From Takakia lepidozioides (lineage: Eukaryota > Plantae > Bryophyta): DNA of 64,000 bases. How positions within the stretch are numbered: position 1 is the stretch's first letter; each line of letters begins with the position of its first letter. Positions 47,597-61,200 of the stretch are shown here, piece by piece. The stretch spans positions 4,278,001 through 4,342,000 of the forward strand of contig CM060731.1 of the NCBI GenBank assembly GCA_030704615.1. The letters run 5' to 3'. The notes under the pieces are model-generated. The model did not search any database. It worked only from the letters and a program-made list of their open reading frames with translations, and was not told the origin of the DNA. A program made the position numbers and the translations under genes.

Positions 47597-50500
47597 TTAA
47601 GTGTCAGGGTCCTCACTGACCACCTTTAACTGCTGAACACCTATTGGTGGTATGAAGGGTTTTAAATCCCTCCTACTTCTTACCCATTCCTTGTCTGCTC
47701 CATCTCTCAACCTGCATCTTCGTGCAGCTTCTCCAGTCTTGGTTGTGCTTCCTGCATCCTTGTATCCCAAAAAGTCATAGGGTCCCTCCCATGGAGATGT
47801 CATGGAAGACCTCTTTCCGGGCCTCAACATCATTACCTTGCTGTTCTCCATCAACGTGCAGTAGGTATGCCCTGTTTGATGCCTTCTTTCATAATCTCTT
47901 GCCTGTTGACGCTGCCCTTTCTTCACACTCTTTCGTAGCTTTGCCTTCATCTCTGTGAGAAGCTGGATTTTCTGCTGCATCATAAGTGTGACCTCTGCTA
48001 CAGATCCATCAGAATTTACTGGTGTTGTAAGAAAATGTAACCTGTTGTCAATTCCCAGCCTGGGAATTCTACCAGTAAGTACCTGAAAAGGTGAGAATCC
48101 AGTGGAAGCATGGACACCCATTCTGTAACCAAACAGGGCCTTATAGAGATTCTGATCCCACTCAGTGTCGTTTCCAACTCCTAGGGTGGTGATGCTTTGT
48201 TTGAGAGACTTAATGACCCTTTCCACCATACCGTTACATTGAGGCTAGTAGGGGGCGCTATGCTCCCTCTTTATACCGTATTCGTGGCATGTATCTTCAA
48301 ACTCACCTCCCCACTCTATGCCATTGTCAGTGAGCAACGTATGTGGGCAGCTATACCTATCAATTACTTCTTCCTCAAGAAAGCGGGCAGCAAGGGCTGC
48401 TGTATGATCTGCCACTGGTGCAGCTTCTATCCATTTTGAGAAGTGATCGATTGCCACCAGAAAGTACTGATTGCCCCTGCTGGTTATAGGTAATGGTCCT
48501 GCCTTGTCAATTGCAACTCTGAAAAACAGATCCACTACTGGAATGCTGTGAAGTTTTGAGCTACCTGAGCGCAACACTCCGTTCTGTTTGGCCATTTGAC
48601 ATTTACCACAGCCCTTGAGTACTTGCCTGATGAGTTTTGTTCTATCATGCCAAAAATAACGTCGGCATATCTCTTCTTGTGTTCTTCTGACTCCAAAGTG
48701 GCCAGTGGCTTCATGTACTTCAGTGATTATTGCCGCTCTGTTAGTTCTTGGTGGAACTACCCTTCCATCAAAATAGACCTCACCTTTGAGATAGGAGTAC
48801 TGCCTTGCCCGCCTCTTGGCTCTCTTGCTCTCCTCTTTTGTCAGGTAGTCATTGACTTCTCCAAAACATAAGAGGTGCATGACTTCCACATCATCAAGCA
48901 CATCAGGTTGCCTTTCCTCCTTAACAGCTGCTGTATGATGGTCAGAGCTGATGAGAGAGCTTTTCCCCCATCTTTCAGCCTCACGTAATAATGACATCTG
49001 AGTAGCTTTGGTGGGTGCGGTCCATGGTACCCAGTCCCCTTCATCAATCTTGTTGCAAGAAGAAGTGTCTTGTTCTGAACCACTTGTTCCATCACTGTCT
49101 GAAGAACAAAACGTCTTGGTGGAACACTCACCCCCCATGTTTTCCTTGGCTGGGCATTCTGATGAGGAAGTCACCCGCGTTCTTCTTGTTGTTGGAGTGC
49201 TTGTCAAGTGTTGAAGGAATGGTGTCTCTTGCAAGCTTCCCTTTTCATTGTTCGATCTCTCTTCCACAAGTTCACAGGCTGGATGTACCTCGCTTAGCTC
49301 CTTATCACGAGCACGAGATCCTCGGGTAATCATATGGATGGTGGGACAAGAGGGCATCAGATGCTCCCTTTCCTTGTTGCTGATTGCAGTAGCCTCTATC
49401 CTTCCTGCACCCTTATCCTTCCAAATACCCTCCCTCACCAGATTGACAGAGCTTGATTGATCAATACCCTTTCCTTGTTTTTTTTTTTTAGCAAAAATCT
49501 GTGCAGCAAAAGTCACCCTCTTTCCTTCTCCATCTGGCATTATGCCTGGTTTCAGTTCTCCCTTCAATATGCCATGATCCTTGGTCAACATTCCATCTGT
49601 GGAAGATCTTACTATGCCCGGAACGAACTCAAATGAAAAGTCACCAAGTAAGTCTATGCCTATGTGGTGCTCTGAGTATAGCCACCAATATGGATCTAGA
49701 TCTGTTTCCAAAGAAAAATGACTTCCCAACAGTATTTTCTTGAAGTGCCAAAGGCCCCATACACATGCATAGTACTCTTCTCTTTTGCAAATCATCTCCC
49801 CTTTTTCACTGCTATACCCTACTTGCCTATGAGCTTCTTCTCTCAACTCCTCCTTCCCCTCCTTAAATTGAAATAACGAAGCATTGATGGCACCCCTATC
49901 CCAAGCTAGCTTAAGAAGATAGGCTCCATCCCTCTTTCTCCCTTCTCTTTTCTGACTGTACAGAGAAGTAGAGTATACCTCGATTTCCTCGGTTTCCTCA
50001 GCTGGTCCCACTGGATACCTGCTTAGTGCATCTACGTTAGCATGCCTAGCACCTGCTCTGTGAACAATTTTAAACTCAAAATCTTGTAACATCATGATCC
50101 ATCTACCCCTGCGTCCATATGCGTCACTTACCGTTGCCAACCACTCCAGTGGTTTGTGATCAGTCCTGATTACAAAAGGGGTTCCATACAGGTACTGCCG
50201 AAAGTGTAATACTCCCCACACCAGGGCATAGCATTCACCTTCCATAGGGTGATATTTGCGCTGAGCATCAGATAGTACCTTACTGGCGTATGCAATGACC
50301 CTCTCCTTTTTATACTCCTTTTGTGACAAGACTGCCCCTACTCCTTTGATGGACCAGTCAACATCTAAGACGAACGGTCTTGAGAAATCTGGTCTTGCCA
50401 GGATGGGAGCAGTTACCAACTTCACCTGTAAGGCAGAAAAGGCGTTTTGTGCCTCTGCACTCCAGATAAACTTCACATCCTTCTTGGTTAGAGTGAACAA

Positions 50501-51373
50501 GGGTACTGCCACTCCAGCATATCCTTTGACATAGGGCCTATAATACCCTGTCATGCCTAAGTAGCTTTTGAGAGCAGTGTGGTTTTTGGGCAAGGGAAAC
50601 CTTTCAATAGCAGCTATCTTATCTGGATCAGGCCACGTTCCCTCTTCAGAGATCACATGCCCAAGGAATACCAACTGTAAGTTGGCAAAGTAACACTTGT
50701 CCGGATTGAGCCTAAGATTGGCCTTTCTAACCTTGCTTAATACTCTCTTTATATGTCCCACGTGATCTCCCCAGTCCTTGCTATGGATATTGACGTCATC
50801 TACAAAAACCTTAGCGCAATCTTTGATTTCTTCCTTGAGCACTCTATTCATTGTTCTCTGAAAGGTAGCAGTGGCATTTTTTAGCCCGAATGGCATGACT
50901 AGCCATTCATACAATCCCTTCTTTGTGATCACTGCTGTTTTGCCTATGTCTCGGTCGTCCATTTTGATCTGCCAAAAACCAGATTGTAAATCCAGCGCAG
51001 AAAACCACTTGGCTTTCCCCAACTGGTTTAAAACATCCTGAATTAATGGCATAGGGTAAGAGTCCCTTCTGGTCAAACGGTTTACTGGCCTAAAATCACC
51101 ACAAAACCGCTTGGATCCATCCTTTTTTGGTGGAAGGGTAACTGGACACGACCATTCTGAACTACTCTCTCTCATCTTGCCTTGTGAGATCAAAGTCTCA
51201 ATTTGTCCTTGGACCTCGTCTTCCTCCCATTCTGATAGGCGGCTGGGACGACTTCTGCAAGGGGGAAAACCTTGTGTGTCAATTGTGTGTTCTACCTCAC
51301 TGCAGTATCCCAAGTCAGCCTTGCTAAGAGCAAAGCATTCCTGGTTTGCTTTCAGCTCTTGCTCAAGCTCTAT
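47597..51373 (-). mobile_element. Third Gypsy family pol (RT, RNase H, long insert, integrase), interrupted at 51373 by MULE C
   Basis: LDLQSGFWQ, FVDDV, LDVDWS, HEATGHFG..CGKC, TDNG, GMVER; one frameshift at ~48240; candidate PPT/LTR start near 47310. Confidence 0.9.
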
Positions 51374-51599
51374 GAGGTTTGCTATTTCATGAGCATGAGC
51401 GGCATGAGCAGAGTAGTAACACAATCGGTTTTCATGAGCAGAAGTACAAATTTCGAAAATAAAAAACAATAAAAAACAATAATTTAATGCAATGTGTCAG
51501 GAAAAACAAATATATTATTCGGCCCCTTGAAGGGAAAATTGCACTTTTGACAGTTGTGCTCATGAAATTTCGTCTTCCGCTCATGCCAATTCCCAGCGA

Positions 51600-51975
51600 C
51601 ATGTGCAAATATGGCGCCGAATTTCGCGGTAATAGGGTCCGTAACCTGAAAAAACGGCGACGTATTTCGCGGCAATAGGTCTCTCTGGCGAAAAATGGTG
51701 CCGAATTCCACGGCTATAGGTCCCCTCATGACAGGTAATTCGGCGCCATTTTTCCAGTGCATGTTCGGACTTAGCCAGTTTTCGGCCCAAAAAAGAGAAA
51801 TTCAGCGCCATTTTTCCAGACACGGTACCAGTGCATGTTGGGACTTAGCCAGTTTTCGGCCCCAAAAAGAGAAATTCGGCGCCATTTTCCCAAACACAGG
51901 TACCAGTGCATGTTGGGACTTAGCGAGTTTTCGGCCCCAAAAAGAGAAATTCGGCGCCATTTTTCCAGAAATGGC
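51600..51975. repeat. Subterminal repeats (3 x 75 bp plus extra motif copies)
   Basis: CAGTGCATGTTGGGACTTAGCCAGTTTTCGGCCC..GAAATTCGGCGCCATTTTTCC at ~51755, ~51830, ~51905. Confidence 0.9.
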
Positions 51976-52124
51976 CCCACAACTGCTTCTGTTGGATCTC
52001 AGTTTGAATGGAATATTGCCTCATTCCAGGAGTTTTGGGGTGCATTTCATTACACTGCAAAAAAAAAGTCTGATACAGCAAAATGCATTTGAAAATATCC
52101 ATATGGAGGATTCCGTTTGCCCCA

Positions 52125-55100
52125 TCAATGATTTCTGGAATCCCTAAGAAGGAGTTTGTGCAGCTCGTTCACGCTCAACGCCGGTGCATGAATAAAGTCA
52201 TCAATAGTCACGTTCATCCTCAACCTCTTCAGGTAAATGTAATACAGATGCTTGCACGGATAATACTTCGAACCCTTCTTTGCTTCCATCAACGAGAAGT
52301 CCGTACAGTTGCAAGTCGGCTCCACTCCAATCGTAATTGTGTATACATCGTCGCGTACAGCCGAGCCGGCCGTTGCCATCCGATACACACGCCCAAGGCC
52401 GGGTGGGGGTACGTCCACGGAGCTCTGAATAGTGCAAGCCATCCCAAGAGCATTGGCAATCCGAGTCTCATTCAACTTGTTGGGAGGGTGTCGTCTCTTC
52501 ACTCTTCCGAATCGCATTGTGGGATGTGCAGAATTGTCCAATCCGTCTCTACTGGACCGAGCAGTCTGCAATGGCTGGGTCTGAGGAACCGGAAATGCGT
52601 GGGCCGGGATGTCTGTGCGTTGCACCATTCGAAATCCTGCTGCAGATAGAGCATCCGCCTCATTCTGAGAGAGGCTGCAACCCGGTGCAACAGGCCAGAC
52701 GCCCGGAGGCTCCGGCATTCCCTGAATCCCGTACTTGGGCTTGCCAAATACACAGGTCATTATGTCGTGCCTACAGAACCAAAATGTCTGCGTTGTGGCG
52801 TGAGCAAATGTGGGAGTCAAAAATCTGCCGCTGAAACAAGGTGCAGGTACAGCACCGTGTGGGTTCCTCCGAATCATCTCACCACAGCGTGCTCTCGTAT
52901 CCACCCGGATGGCGCAACACTTCCCTCGAAATGCCGGCAATGTCCTCGCAATTCTCCACTGTGACTCCGACACTCTTGTCTCCACAATGGGAATGTTGTA
53001 TTGCTTTACTACAGATGGCTCGTTATGTTGCCGGGGCACGCGCCCTGTGCTCAATGGAGATGGCGATCTTGAACGTGCAGGACTTCCGGTGCTCGACGAG
53101 ACCTCCTCGGACAACATCACCGGACCACGAGGAAGCGTGCGAATATTCTTGTCAGCTCGCCATGAATCCTCTTCTCCGCCAGGTGCCTCGTCAAGTCTTC
53201 GTCTCACTGGACGGGTATGAACATCTCCTTCCAAATGTTGGCCTCTTCGCAGCAATGGCGTGTCCCGAAGGCCCTCTCGTAAGGCCGCCGCCCACTTCCG
53301 AGGATTCTTCGATCTGGAGGCAGTCCGCATCAGCATTTCCTGCCTGTCCGGCCCCAAGCCCCACTGTTTCCCTTTCAAGAACTCGTTGTACCTGCATTGC
53401 TGCATAATTGACCTCACAATGTCCTCCGTTGTGGCAGTGAGGATGTCCACCAGATGCGCCGCAGAGGAGGCACGCCAGGAAGAGTGCACTGATTCGGCCA
53501 TGTTTGTCGTGGGCATGTCGGTGTCGGAGTCGAGACACATTTCCTGCACAAGCACATGTTCAGGTTACAAGCAAGTTACAAATATGGCCAAGAATAATAT
53601 CCAACGGGACGCGAATTCGTGCAACTCACCTCCCGCATATAGTCGCCGAACTGGAGGAAACGATAATGCCACCATGCTAGCCAACTGACCATTGCTCCTT
53701 TGTCTGATTTCCTTACAGCACCTGACGATGTCCACCAAGCCCGTATGCATGCAAACTGTGTCTCTGCATCATCCAAGGTGGGAGCGCGCTTCCACGCAAG
53801 GCACATGGAACGGTGCTCCTCTCTGAAATCTGGCGCCACGAGCCTGGTTGTGTACTGCGAAAGGCTCTGCAGAAAATGGAACCCACAAGATCTCTCCTTG
53901 CCTTCCATGGGAACATTGGGGTCTTGCCCGTACACCCTTCGGATGGCAGCCCAATTTGCTTGTGCGTTGTCCGCCATGAAACCACGGAAATTGGGAGGGG
54001 GCAATCCCGCCTTGGCCATCTGTTCGTTTATTCCTTGCCAAAGAAGCATCTCCGATTGTGTGTCCTCTCCTTTCATCTCACAAATAGCAATTGTCATTAG
54101 CATCCTACAGTGGGTGTCGTAGACATGTGCACCCATTGTCACCCACTGGTGATTTGTAATTCGCTTGATATGGTCGAACATGACCCAACTGTTTGACAAG
54201 TTCCCACTCGTCATCCTGTCGACCAGTTCGACGCCACTGCCAGGTCCACACGTGGACATTTTGAATACGAAACAACGATCTGCCTCAGTCCCTTGTCCTG
54301 GAAACCTACTTCCATGAATGTAGTCATATCCACATCGTCGCTTCACCTCCAGAATGGAGTGCATATCCGAGCCACGCCCAATTTTCTGTTTGCATGAGAC
54401 AATGTGGTTTCGGACATTCGGTGAACATACGTGGGACACCGACTCCAGTAATGCCTCCATTTCATTCTCGTCGAGAGGAACTCTATCGGAGCCGTCTTCC
54501 GACATAATTCTGGCCAATGCCATCTTATGGGCGGCTTGGAGCTGTATCTGTTTGGGTTTGGCACCCGGTCTCAACTTAACCTCCTCCTGAACGAGCTGCT
54601 CTGCTTCGTGGGCAGCCTCCCGCGAGTTCCCCCTCGCCAATTTGTGACAATGGGAACCAACGTGTATGCAAGCTCGGGTGAGGTCAGGGAAACGGTGCAA
54701 CACATAGAACTGCTTGGCATTACAAACAGACATGCAGTGTGGTGGTTCTTTGCAATGCGCACACTTAAATGTGGAGTTCGGAACTTTCTCCTGAGCTCGA
54801 AATGGTTGGTGAGCTGTGCCTGTCCAATCGGTCTCGTTCCTGTGACCTCTGGATTTAAAGTGGAAGCAAGTTGGGGAGAAACACCGCAACGCGCCCGCAC
54901 AAACAACGTAGCGCACCCGCACACCATCAAGCATCTTCATGCTGGTGGTTTTGGTAACGCACCAAGGATGACCGTCATGTTTTCTATCCATATCTGTCAA
55001 CATTCCGGACGCCCTCGAGTAGTCCGCCCGAGGAGGGAACTCAAAGAAGATATTACCGTCGACGTCGGCGGGAAGGCATGTAACCGATTTAATTGCGAAC

Positions 55101-55730
55101 TTGCTGTAGTCCAGCCCGGCCAGCTCCGACCGGTGTCCCTCCAGGTGAAGCCCTCGCAGAATTTCAAGAATAGATCAAACTGCGGTGCTCGTGCTGGGAA
55201 TATGACTCCCTCCTCCACTGACGTCCATTGAGGACTTGCCTGATCTCCAGGACGACCTCGGAACTTCCATGACCTCGTCTGAGTCGGACAGGTTGTGAAC
55301 AACCCGGTTCTCGGTCGTCTTCATGGATGGGTTCGGCTCTGGATTAACTTCGTTGCGGACTTCTCTCTTTGAGGTACCCACTCTCTGATTCGCGGATTGT
55401 TTCGTGGAAGGCGCCAGGATAGACGGTGCATTTGGCGGGCAAATGAAGTCCCCAACAGCCCTGTATATGACGTTGTCCGATGGTGGAACTCGCCATTCCC
55501 TGCCATCGCCGAAATCATCGTGGAGCACAACAATACTCTCGACAACAAGGCCGTTTGAGTCCTTCCTTTCCTCCTCCAAAAAAACCGACCCCGGTTTCAG
55601 GTGGTAGAACGCACAGATATTTCTCCATCACCCGGCAGGTGTCCCCTCTGCACGGAAATGAAGCTCTATGCTCGTGAGGAGGGCAGTACACTGTAGCGCT
55701 CGGGTTTTCCGCCATGGGAGATGTGCACAC
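52125..55730 (-). CDS. MULE C transposase (GCM/WRKY-like DBD, DDE, SWIM), near intact
   Basis: Exons 52125-53543 and 53630 upward (intron 53544-53629); one in-frame TGA at 55175-55177; probable frameshift near 55580; WVMFDH, FMAD, CGFH, TTNMAESVH, CNCTDF..CKH. Confidence 0.88.
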
Positions 55731-56009
55731 AAGACTGCCAGGATGGCGTGCGGGGAAGCTCCCTGGTAGAAGGGGGTGCAGCGATGGGAATGAATGCGAT
55801 GCCGATTTGTCCGAGCGACGAAGCCTGATCCAAATCCAGGAGCCAACTATCTCAAAAATCCACAGTCAGAGTGTTAATGAACCTTGTCTCCGGAATGCGG
55901 CCCCTGGTCTTTGCGCAATAACTGCCAACGGTATGCAGTCAGAAAGTGGGGGGCCGTCCGGATGATGACGGCTGAAGGGGAGAAGCCGGCACCGTGCCCT
56001 CACATTACT

Positions 56010-57365
56010 ACCCCCGAATGGAAATTCGGCACCCAATATCCAACAGAGGAAAGCCCAGATGAAGTCGCCTCGGGCGCAGAGGCCGGAGTGTGTGCGACAG
56101 AGAACATCCCCTGGATGGAGATTCGGCGCCGAATTTCCATCCGGGCCCCCCAAAGGGAGTCGTGTCGGGGGGTCATGCCGAAAACTAGACGGCATAAAAA
56201 CATCCCCAGATGGAAAACGGCGCCGAATTTCCATCCGGGGCGGTTCGGATGCAGTCGGGGAGGGGGGGAGTGGCCTGCAGTTGGCCGTCACATTTCAACC
56301 CCCGGACGGAAATTCGGCACGAATATCGAACAGGGGACGCCCGGATGAAGTCGCCTCGGGCGCAGAGGCCGGGAGAGTGTGCGACAGAGAACATCCATGG
56401 ACGGAGATTCGGCGCCGAATTTCCATCCGGGCCCCCCCCAAAGGAAGTCTTGTCGGGGGGTCAGACCGAAAACTGGCCGACATAAAAACTTCCACAGATG
56501 GGAAAACGGCGCCGAATTTGCATCCTGCATGTAAGTGGAATCCCGGATGGATGGAAATTCGGCGCCGAATTTCCATCCAGCAGGTAGGTGGAATCCCGGA
56601 TGGATGGAGATTCGGCGCCGAATTTCCGTCCAGCAGGTAAGTGGAATCCCGGATGGATGGAGATTCGGCGCCGAATTTCCATCCTGCAGGTAATTCGAAT
56701 ACCGGATGAATGGAAATCGGCGCCGAATTTCCATCAAGCACGTAAGCCGAATCCCGCATAAATGGAAATTCGGCGCCGAATTTCCATCCAGCAGGTAAGT
56801 CGGATGGGTGCCGTATGGATATTCGGCGCCGAATTTCCATTCGCCATGTATTTCTGAGCGTGGAATTACCTTCGTGCAGGTAATTCCCAGATGAGAATTA
56901 ACTTTGTGCAGGTAATTCCAATCGATGTGAATTCTTCGTCCACAATTACCTGCACGAAGGTAATTCTCATCTGGAAATACCTGCACGAAGGTAATTGTCA
57001 GCTGGAAATTACCTGAACAAAGTAATTCTCATCTGGAATTACCGCACGAAGTAATTCCACGCTCAGGATACGGCACCGGATTTCCATCCGCGCGCTTCCG
57101 AATTACCTGCATGAGGGAAATCTGGCGCACCGGGACCTGCGCGGATGGAAATTCGGCGCCGGATTTCCATCCGCGCGCTTCCGAATTCTGCATGAGGGAA
57201 ATTTCCTCCGCCGCCCTACCTGAGCGGATGGAAATTCGGCGCCGGATTTCCATCCGCGCGGCTTCGAATAACTGCATGAGGGAAATCTGGCGCCCGCCCT
57301 ACCTGCGCGAGCCGGAATTCCATCGTGCAGTGCCTCGAAATTACCTACCTCTACGTTGGAAATTC
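56010..57365. repeat. Intergenic palindrome array between divergent transposase and cargo gene
   Basis: More than 12 copies of (GAT)GGAAATTCGGCGCCGAATTTCC(ATC), ~52-bp period at 56545-56840; second palindrome type GGAATTACCT-N6-AGGTAATTCC at 56860-57060. Confidence 0.92.
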
Positions 57366-58299
57366 CGGGATGTTTACGTCGATTTTCATCCGACATGGAG
57401 GGCTTCATCCGACATTAATTGCGCAGTTGGGCAATAAATGTCGACGGCCGTCGGTTATTATTGGGCTGGCGACGCATGGCTTCCTGGACACGTACCCTAA
57501 ATCTCATGCTAAACTTGGCTTAAACATGGTATTCCAGGCATGTACCCCCCCAAAAAAGGGAGATCTCTTTGGCTGGGACTTATGCCGCCTGAAGGGCGTG
57601 GCTCTCCTGAGAGAGACCTCACATCCAGACCGCGGCGGAAGTTGAAAGCTCTGTACTACGGACGACGGCCAATCTCTCGCATGGCCAAACTGAAGCTCCA
57701 GCAGGAGATTCCGTGTCTTGCTCACAAACTGCGCCAACTGAAGCCGAGTACTCTCAGGCAAGCCACTTCTGCTTTCGGTTGTTCGATTTTTTTTGCTTTC
57801 GCTTTGTTTTGCATCTTCATCCTGGCTTGCTGTATGAGTGAACTTTAGATAGTTGAGTGAACCTTAGATTGTTTGCAATGCGTGTGCAAATCCGGCAGCT
57901 CTGGAGAAGCTGCTTGTGCATGTCATTCTTACGCAATTGGTGCATTTTGTTGTGTTCATTGTTGTTGCATGGCTCTCCATACTTCCTAAACTTGTTATGT
58001 TTTCATTTTTGCTACATGATTGTTGCTATGGTGATTGCGCTGCTCATTGCGATGCCGTGTTTTGCACCGATGTTGGTTTTCACGATTTTTGTCAATGACA
58101 GAGTGACGACGAGCCCGCACGCTGGTGGTATTTATCATCGACAGCTCCAACTCATCGCATGTTTGAATCGCCCAACTTGGGCGAGAGGGCAAACTTAAAC
58201 CTTTTGTTGGTGGACGGGAGGACTTGCAACGAGATTACGACAGAGTAGGCATTGGGGAGTTGGTGCAGGCGGCATGGCAGGTGAAGGGCGTGAGGGACA

Positions 58300-61200
58300 T
58301 GAGGACAGCAGATCCGGCAATGGAGGTTGTTCATGCACATGCAGTAGGGCCCGCCCACGCAAGAAAAAGAAGAAAGCTAAGCACATGCAATCCCGGCGAG
58401 AGAGCCGTCACGGGCTGTGGAGGGGGGAGTGAGCAGCGCGCGCGAGGGGTGTCAGTTCGCCTCAATCAAAGGTGGTCGTCTTGAGGGTCCCCTGTGCTAG
58501 CTAGTAAGAAGAAACAGAAAGCCCGTGAGAGGGCAAAAGAGAGGGCAAAAGAACAGACGAGACAGAATGCTAGCCAGGAGGAAAGACAAAAGGCAGCTGA
58601 AGAGGCCAGGGTGCCCAAATGACAGATGCCAATGTAAAGCGAGGACCCACAGAGACGTGGATCCCTACAAGACACACAGAGAGGCAGTAGCACACCGGTT
58701 AGACCATCGCGGGCAAGAGCAGCCCCCGAAATCCCATACGGTGGAGAGTGGAGGAGAGGATAGAACCTGAAAGAGCACGGATTGTGCAAGTTCGAGGTGA
58801 AGCAAGGAGAGGGCAGTAGAGACGACGAGAGTGCTGGAGGTGGTTTCGCAGGTGGAGACCCTGTTGAGGAGGACGACATGGAGGTTTCTGACCAGGAATG
58901 ACATCCTCCGGACATCCCAGGCCCCAAAACCCGGAGCATACAGGTGGATTTGGCGGTCCTGGTGGGCTGCCGGAAAACCCTCTGCAGCAGACGTCATGTC
59001 TGAGGCGGATATGAAGTTGGCCGCTGCCAAGATGTTGGAGGCAACCCACAGCAACATTGGCAGGGTGCTGGGGGCATGGTGTACCCGGCCAAGCTTCGAA
59101 TTCCCCTTGCCGCTTGGTGTCATTGCAGGTGGTGAGACCTGCCCTCCCAGGCGATATCGACAAGCTGAAATTCTCTTTCCGGGATGGATACTCGAATGGA
59201 ATCTGCGCCTTTACGTTTCCATTGAGAACGACCACGGAGGATCCCGTGCCCACACTCCGAGTGAGGTGGACAAATGGGGGCCCCATTGGCAAACGCGAAA
59301 TGAGGAGTTCGAGAGATCGATTGCTAGTGATCCTCTTTTCCAGCACATGTCCGGTAAAGATGTTATACGTGTGGGACGGCAATCATCGCCTCCTGGCATG
59401 GATGGAGCACATGCCCAAGCACCCCAACGATCTCGATTGGCATTTCGCCGTCGATTGTGTTGTCCTGAAGGTTGCGGGGCCCAAAGATCGCAGTCTTCTC
59501 AAAGCTGCAATGGCCGACATCAACTCGTAGCTACAACCCCTCTCGCTTTTGGACTTTGAATTTGGAAGTCATTTCATTGCGAATCCTCATATATGATGAA
59601 AATTTCCCATTTCAGTATTGTTTGATAGAAATGTGGCACTGCAGGGGTGACTGAGAATGCCTTCATTGCCACCAACTTGTCCCATATGCTCTTCCGAGTG
59701 AAGGATGTGGGAGGAAGCAGGGGGTGCAAGAGTTTGCCAATTCCCTCAGGCCGACCTCCGCGCAAGTCGGAGGCAAAGGCAGACAGAACCTGGTATAGGC
59801 TGAGCGTTGACGCCATGGTGGACTACATATTTCGGGTAAAGTCCTGACAGTTTGTTGAGTAATTGTCTCTCCTCCCCAATAGAAGAAATTGTGTGTTGAG
59901 CAGGATCTCTAATCTTATGTGCGCCTTTTCGACAGACGAAAATACAGCAGGATTTGGCACATGCGCGGAGGTTCTACATGGAGTCAGAGGAGAAGAATCA
60001 AACCCTCCCGAACTCGAATCGTATGTCAAAGCTGCGGAGGTGAGGGCCCGCATAAAGTACAAGTCGCGGATGGTAAAGTACGTGGCCATAGCTGATCCCG
60101 CCCTTGGTGCCCGACTTTCTGGTGGAGGTGGGGAAGCACTACTCTCGCGCTCTGAAGCCCACGATGACAGGGAGAAGCTCCATCGTTCTAGCCACATCCT
60201 GTGTGGATTGAAAACAGAAAGGTGATACATTCTTAACAAAATTGTGGTATGCAAACGCCTTTTTGTGGTGTTTGGCGCTTACGAATATGCTGGGTGGTGG
60301 ACAGACCCGGTGGCCTCCAAATCTGGAATGGTTCCCAAAGTACCAGGGACATGTGGAGCTTCCCCAACGGACAAAACTCTTGACCCCACATTCGACATGT
60401 GATGAACCGCATGACATGGTGGTTTAGGTACAATCCCACGCTCGTTTGGGGCTTCTACTCTAGTAGGGGGTGGATTCATTGTATTTTTGAGGAAAGCGAT
60501 CTGATGGACAATCTCCACAGGTGACGACGAATGCGCAAGAGCAGCTGGACACACAAGCACATCAGTTCAAGATGGAGATATCTCCTGCAGAGAGAGCCTA
60601 CGTGACTATGTGACGAGGTACTTTCTGCTCTACAAAACCAACCTATTCTTTCGGGAGATAGCAGATGCTCGCCGGAGCCACGAGTTCACCGCCCAGCCGA
60701 ACGCGGACAAAGCAGCAATGCGCCTTCTGTACAGGTACCTACGCGCTGCTTTCTTTCAAGTCCTGCATTTCAGGATGTTAGAGGCCTCAGTGGTGTTAGG
60801 GAAAATGGCGCCGATTTCCAGTCAGGGCTCCGAAAATGGCAAAGTCCTAGAGGTTGGCCCGGAACTGGAAATTCGGCGCCATTTTCCAGTTCCAGGCCCT
60901 ATTGCCGTCCAGGGACTTAGCCATTTTCGGCCTAAGTCCCTAGTGTGGCTGGCCCGGAACTGGAAATTCGGCGCCGTTTTCCAGTTCTAGGCCCTATTGC
61001 CGTCCAGGGACTTAGCCATTTCGGGCTAAGTCCCTAGGGTGGCTGGCCCGGAACTGGAAATTCGGCGCAGGTTTTCCAGTTCTAGGCCTATTGCCGTCCA
61101 GGGACTTAGCCATTTTCGGGCTAAGTCCCTAGGGTGGCTGGCCCGGAACTGGAAATTCGGCGCCGTTTTCCAGTTCTAGGCCCTATTGCCGTCCAGGGAC

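Noticed and set aside
51374-51469. N-terminus of the 1074-aa ORF as part of Gypsy pol
   Set aside because: These codons are read-through from the MULE C terminus; pol is interrupted at 51373.
55866-57437. Repetitive ORFs (MEIRRRISI / WKFGAEFP) as repeat proteins
   Set aside because: They appear on both strands and several frames because of DNA palindromes; no coding signal.
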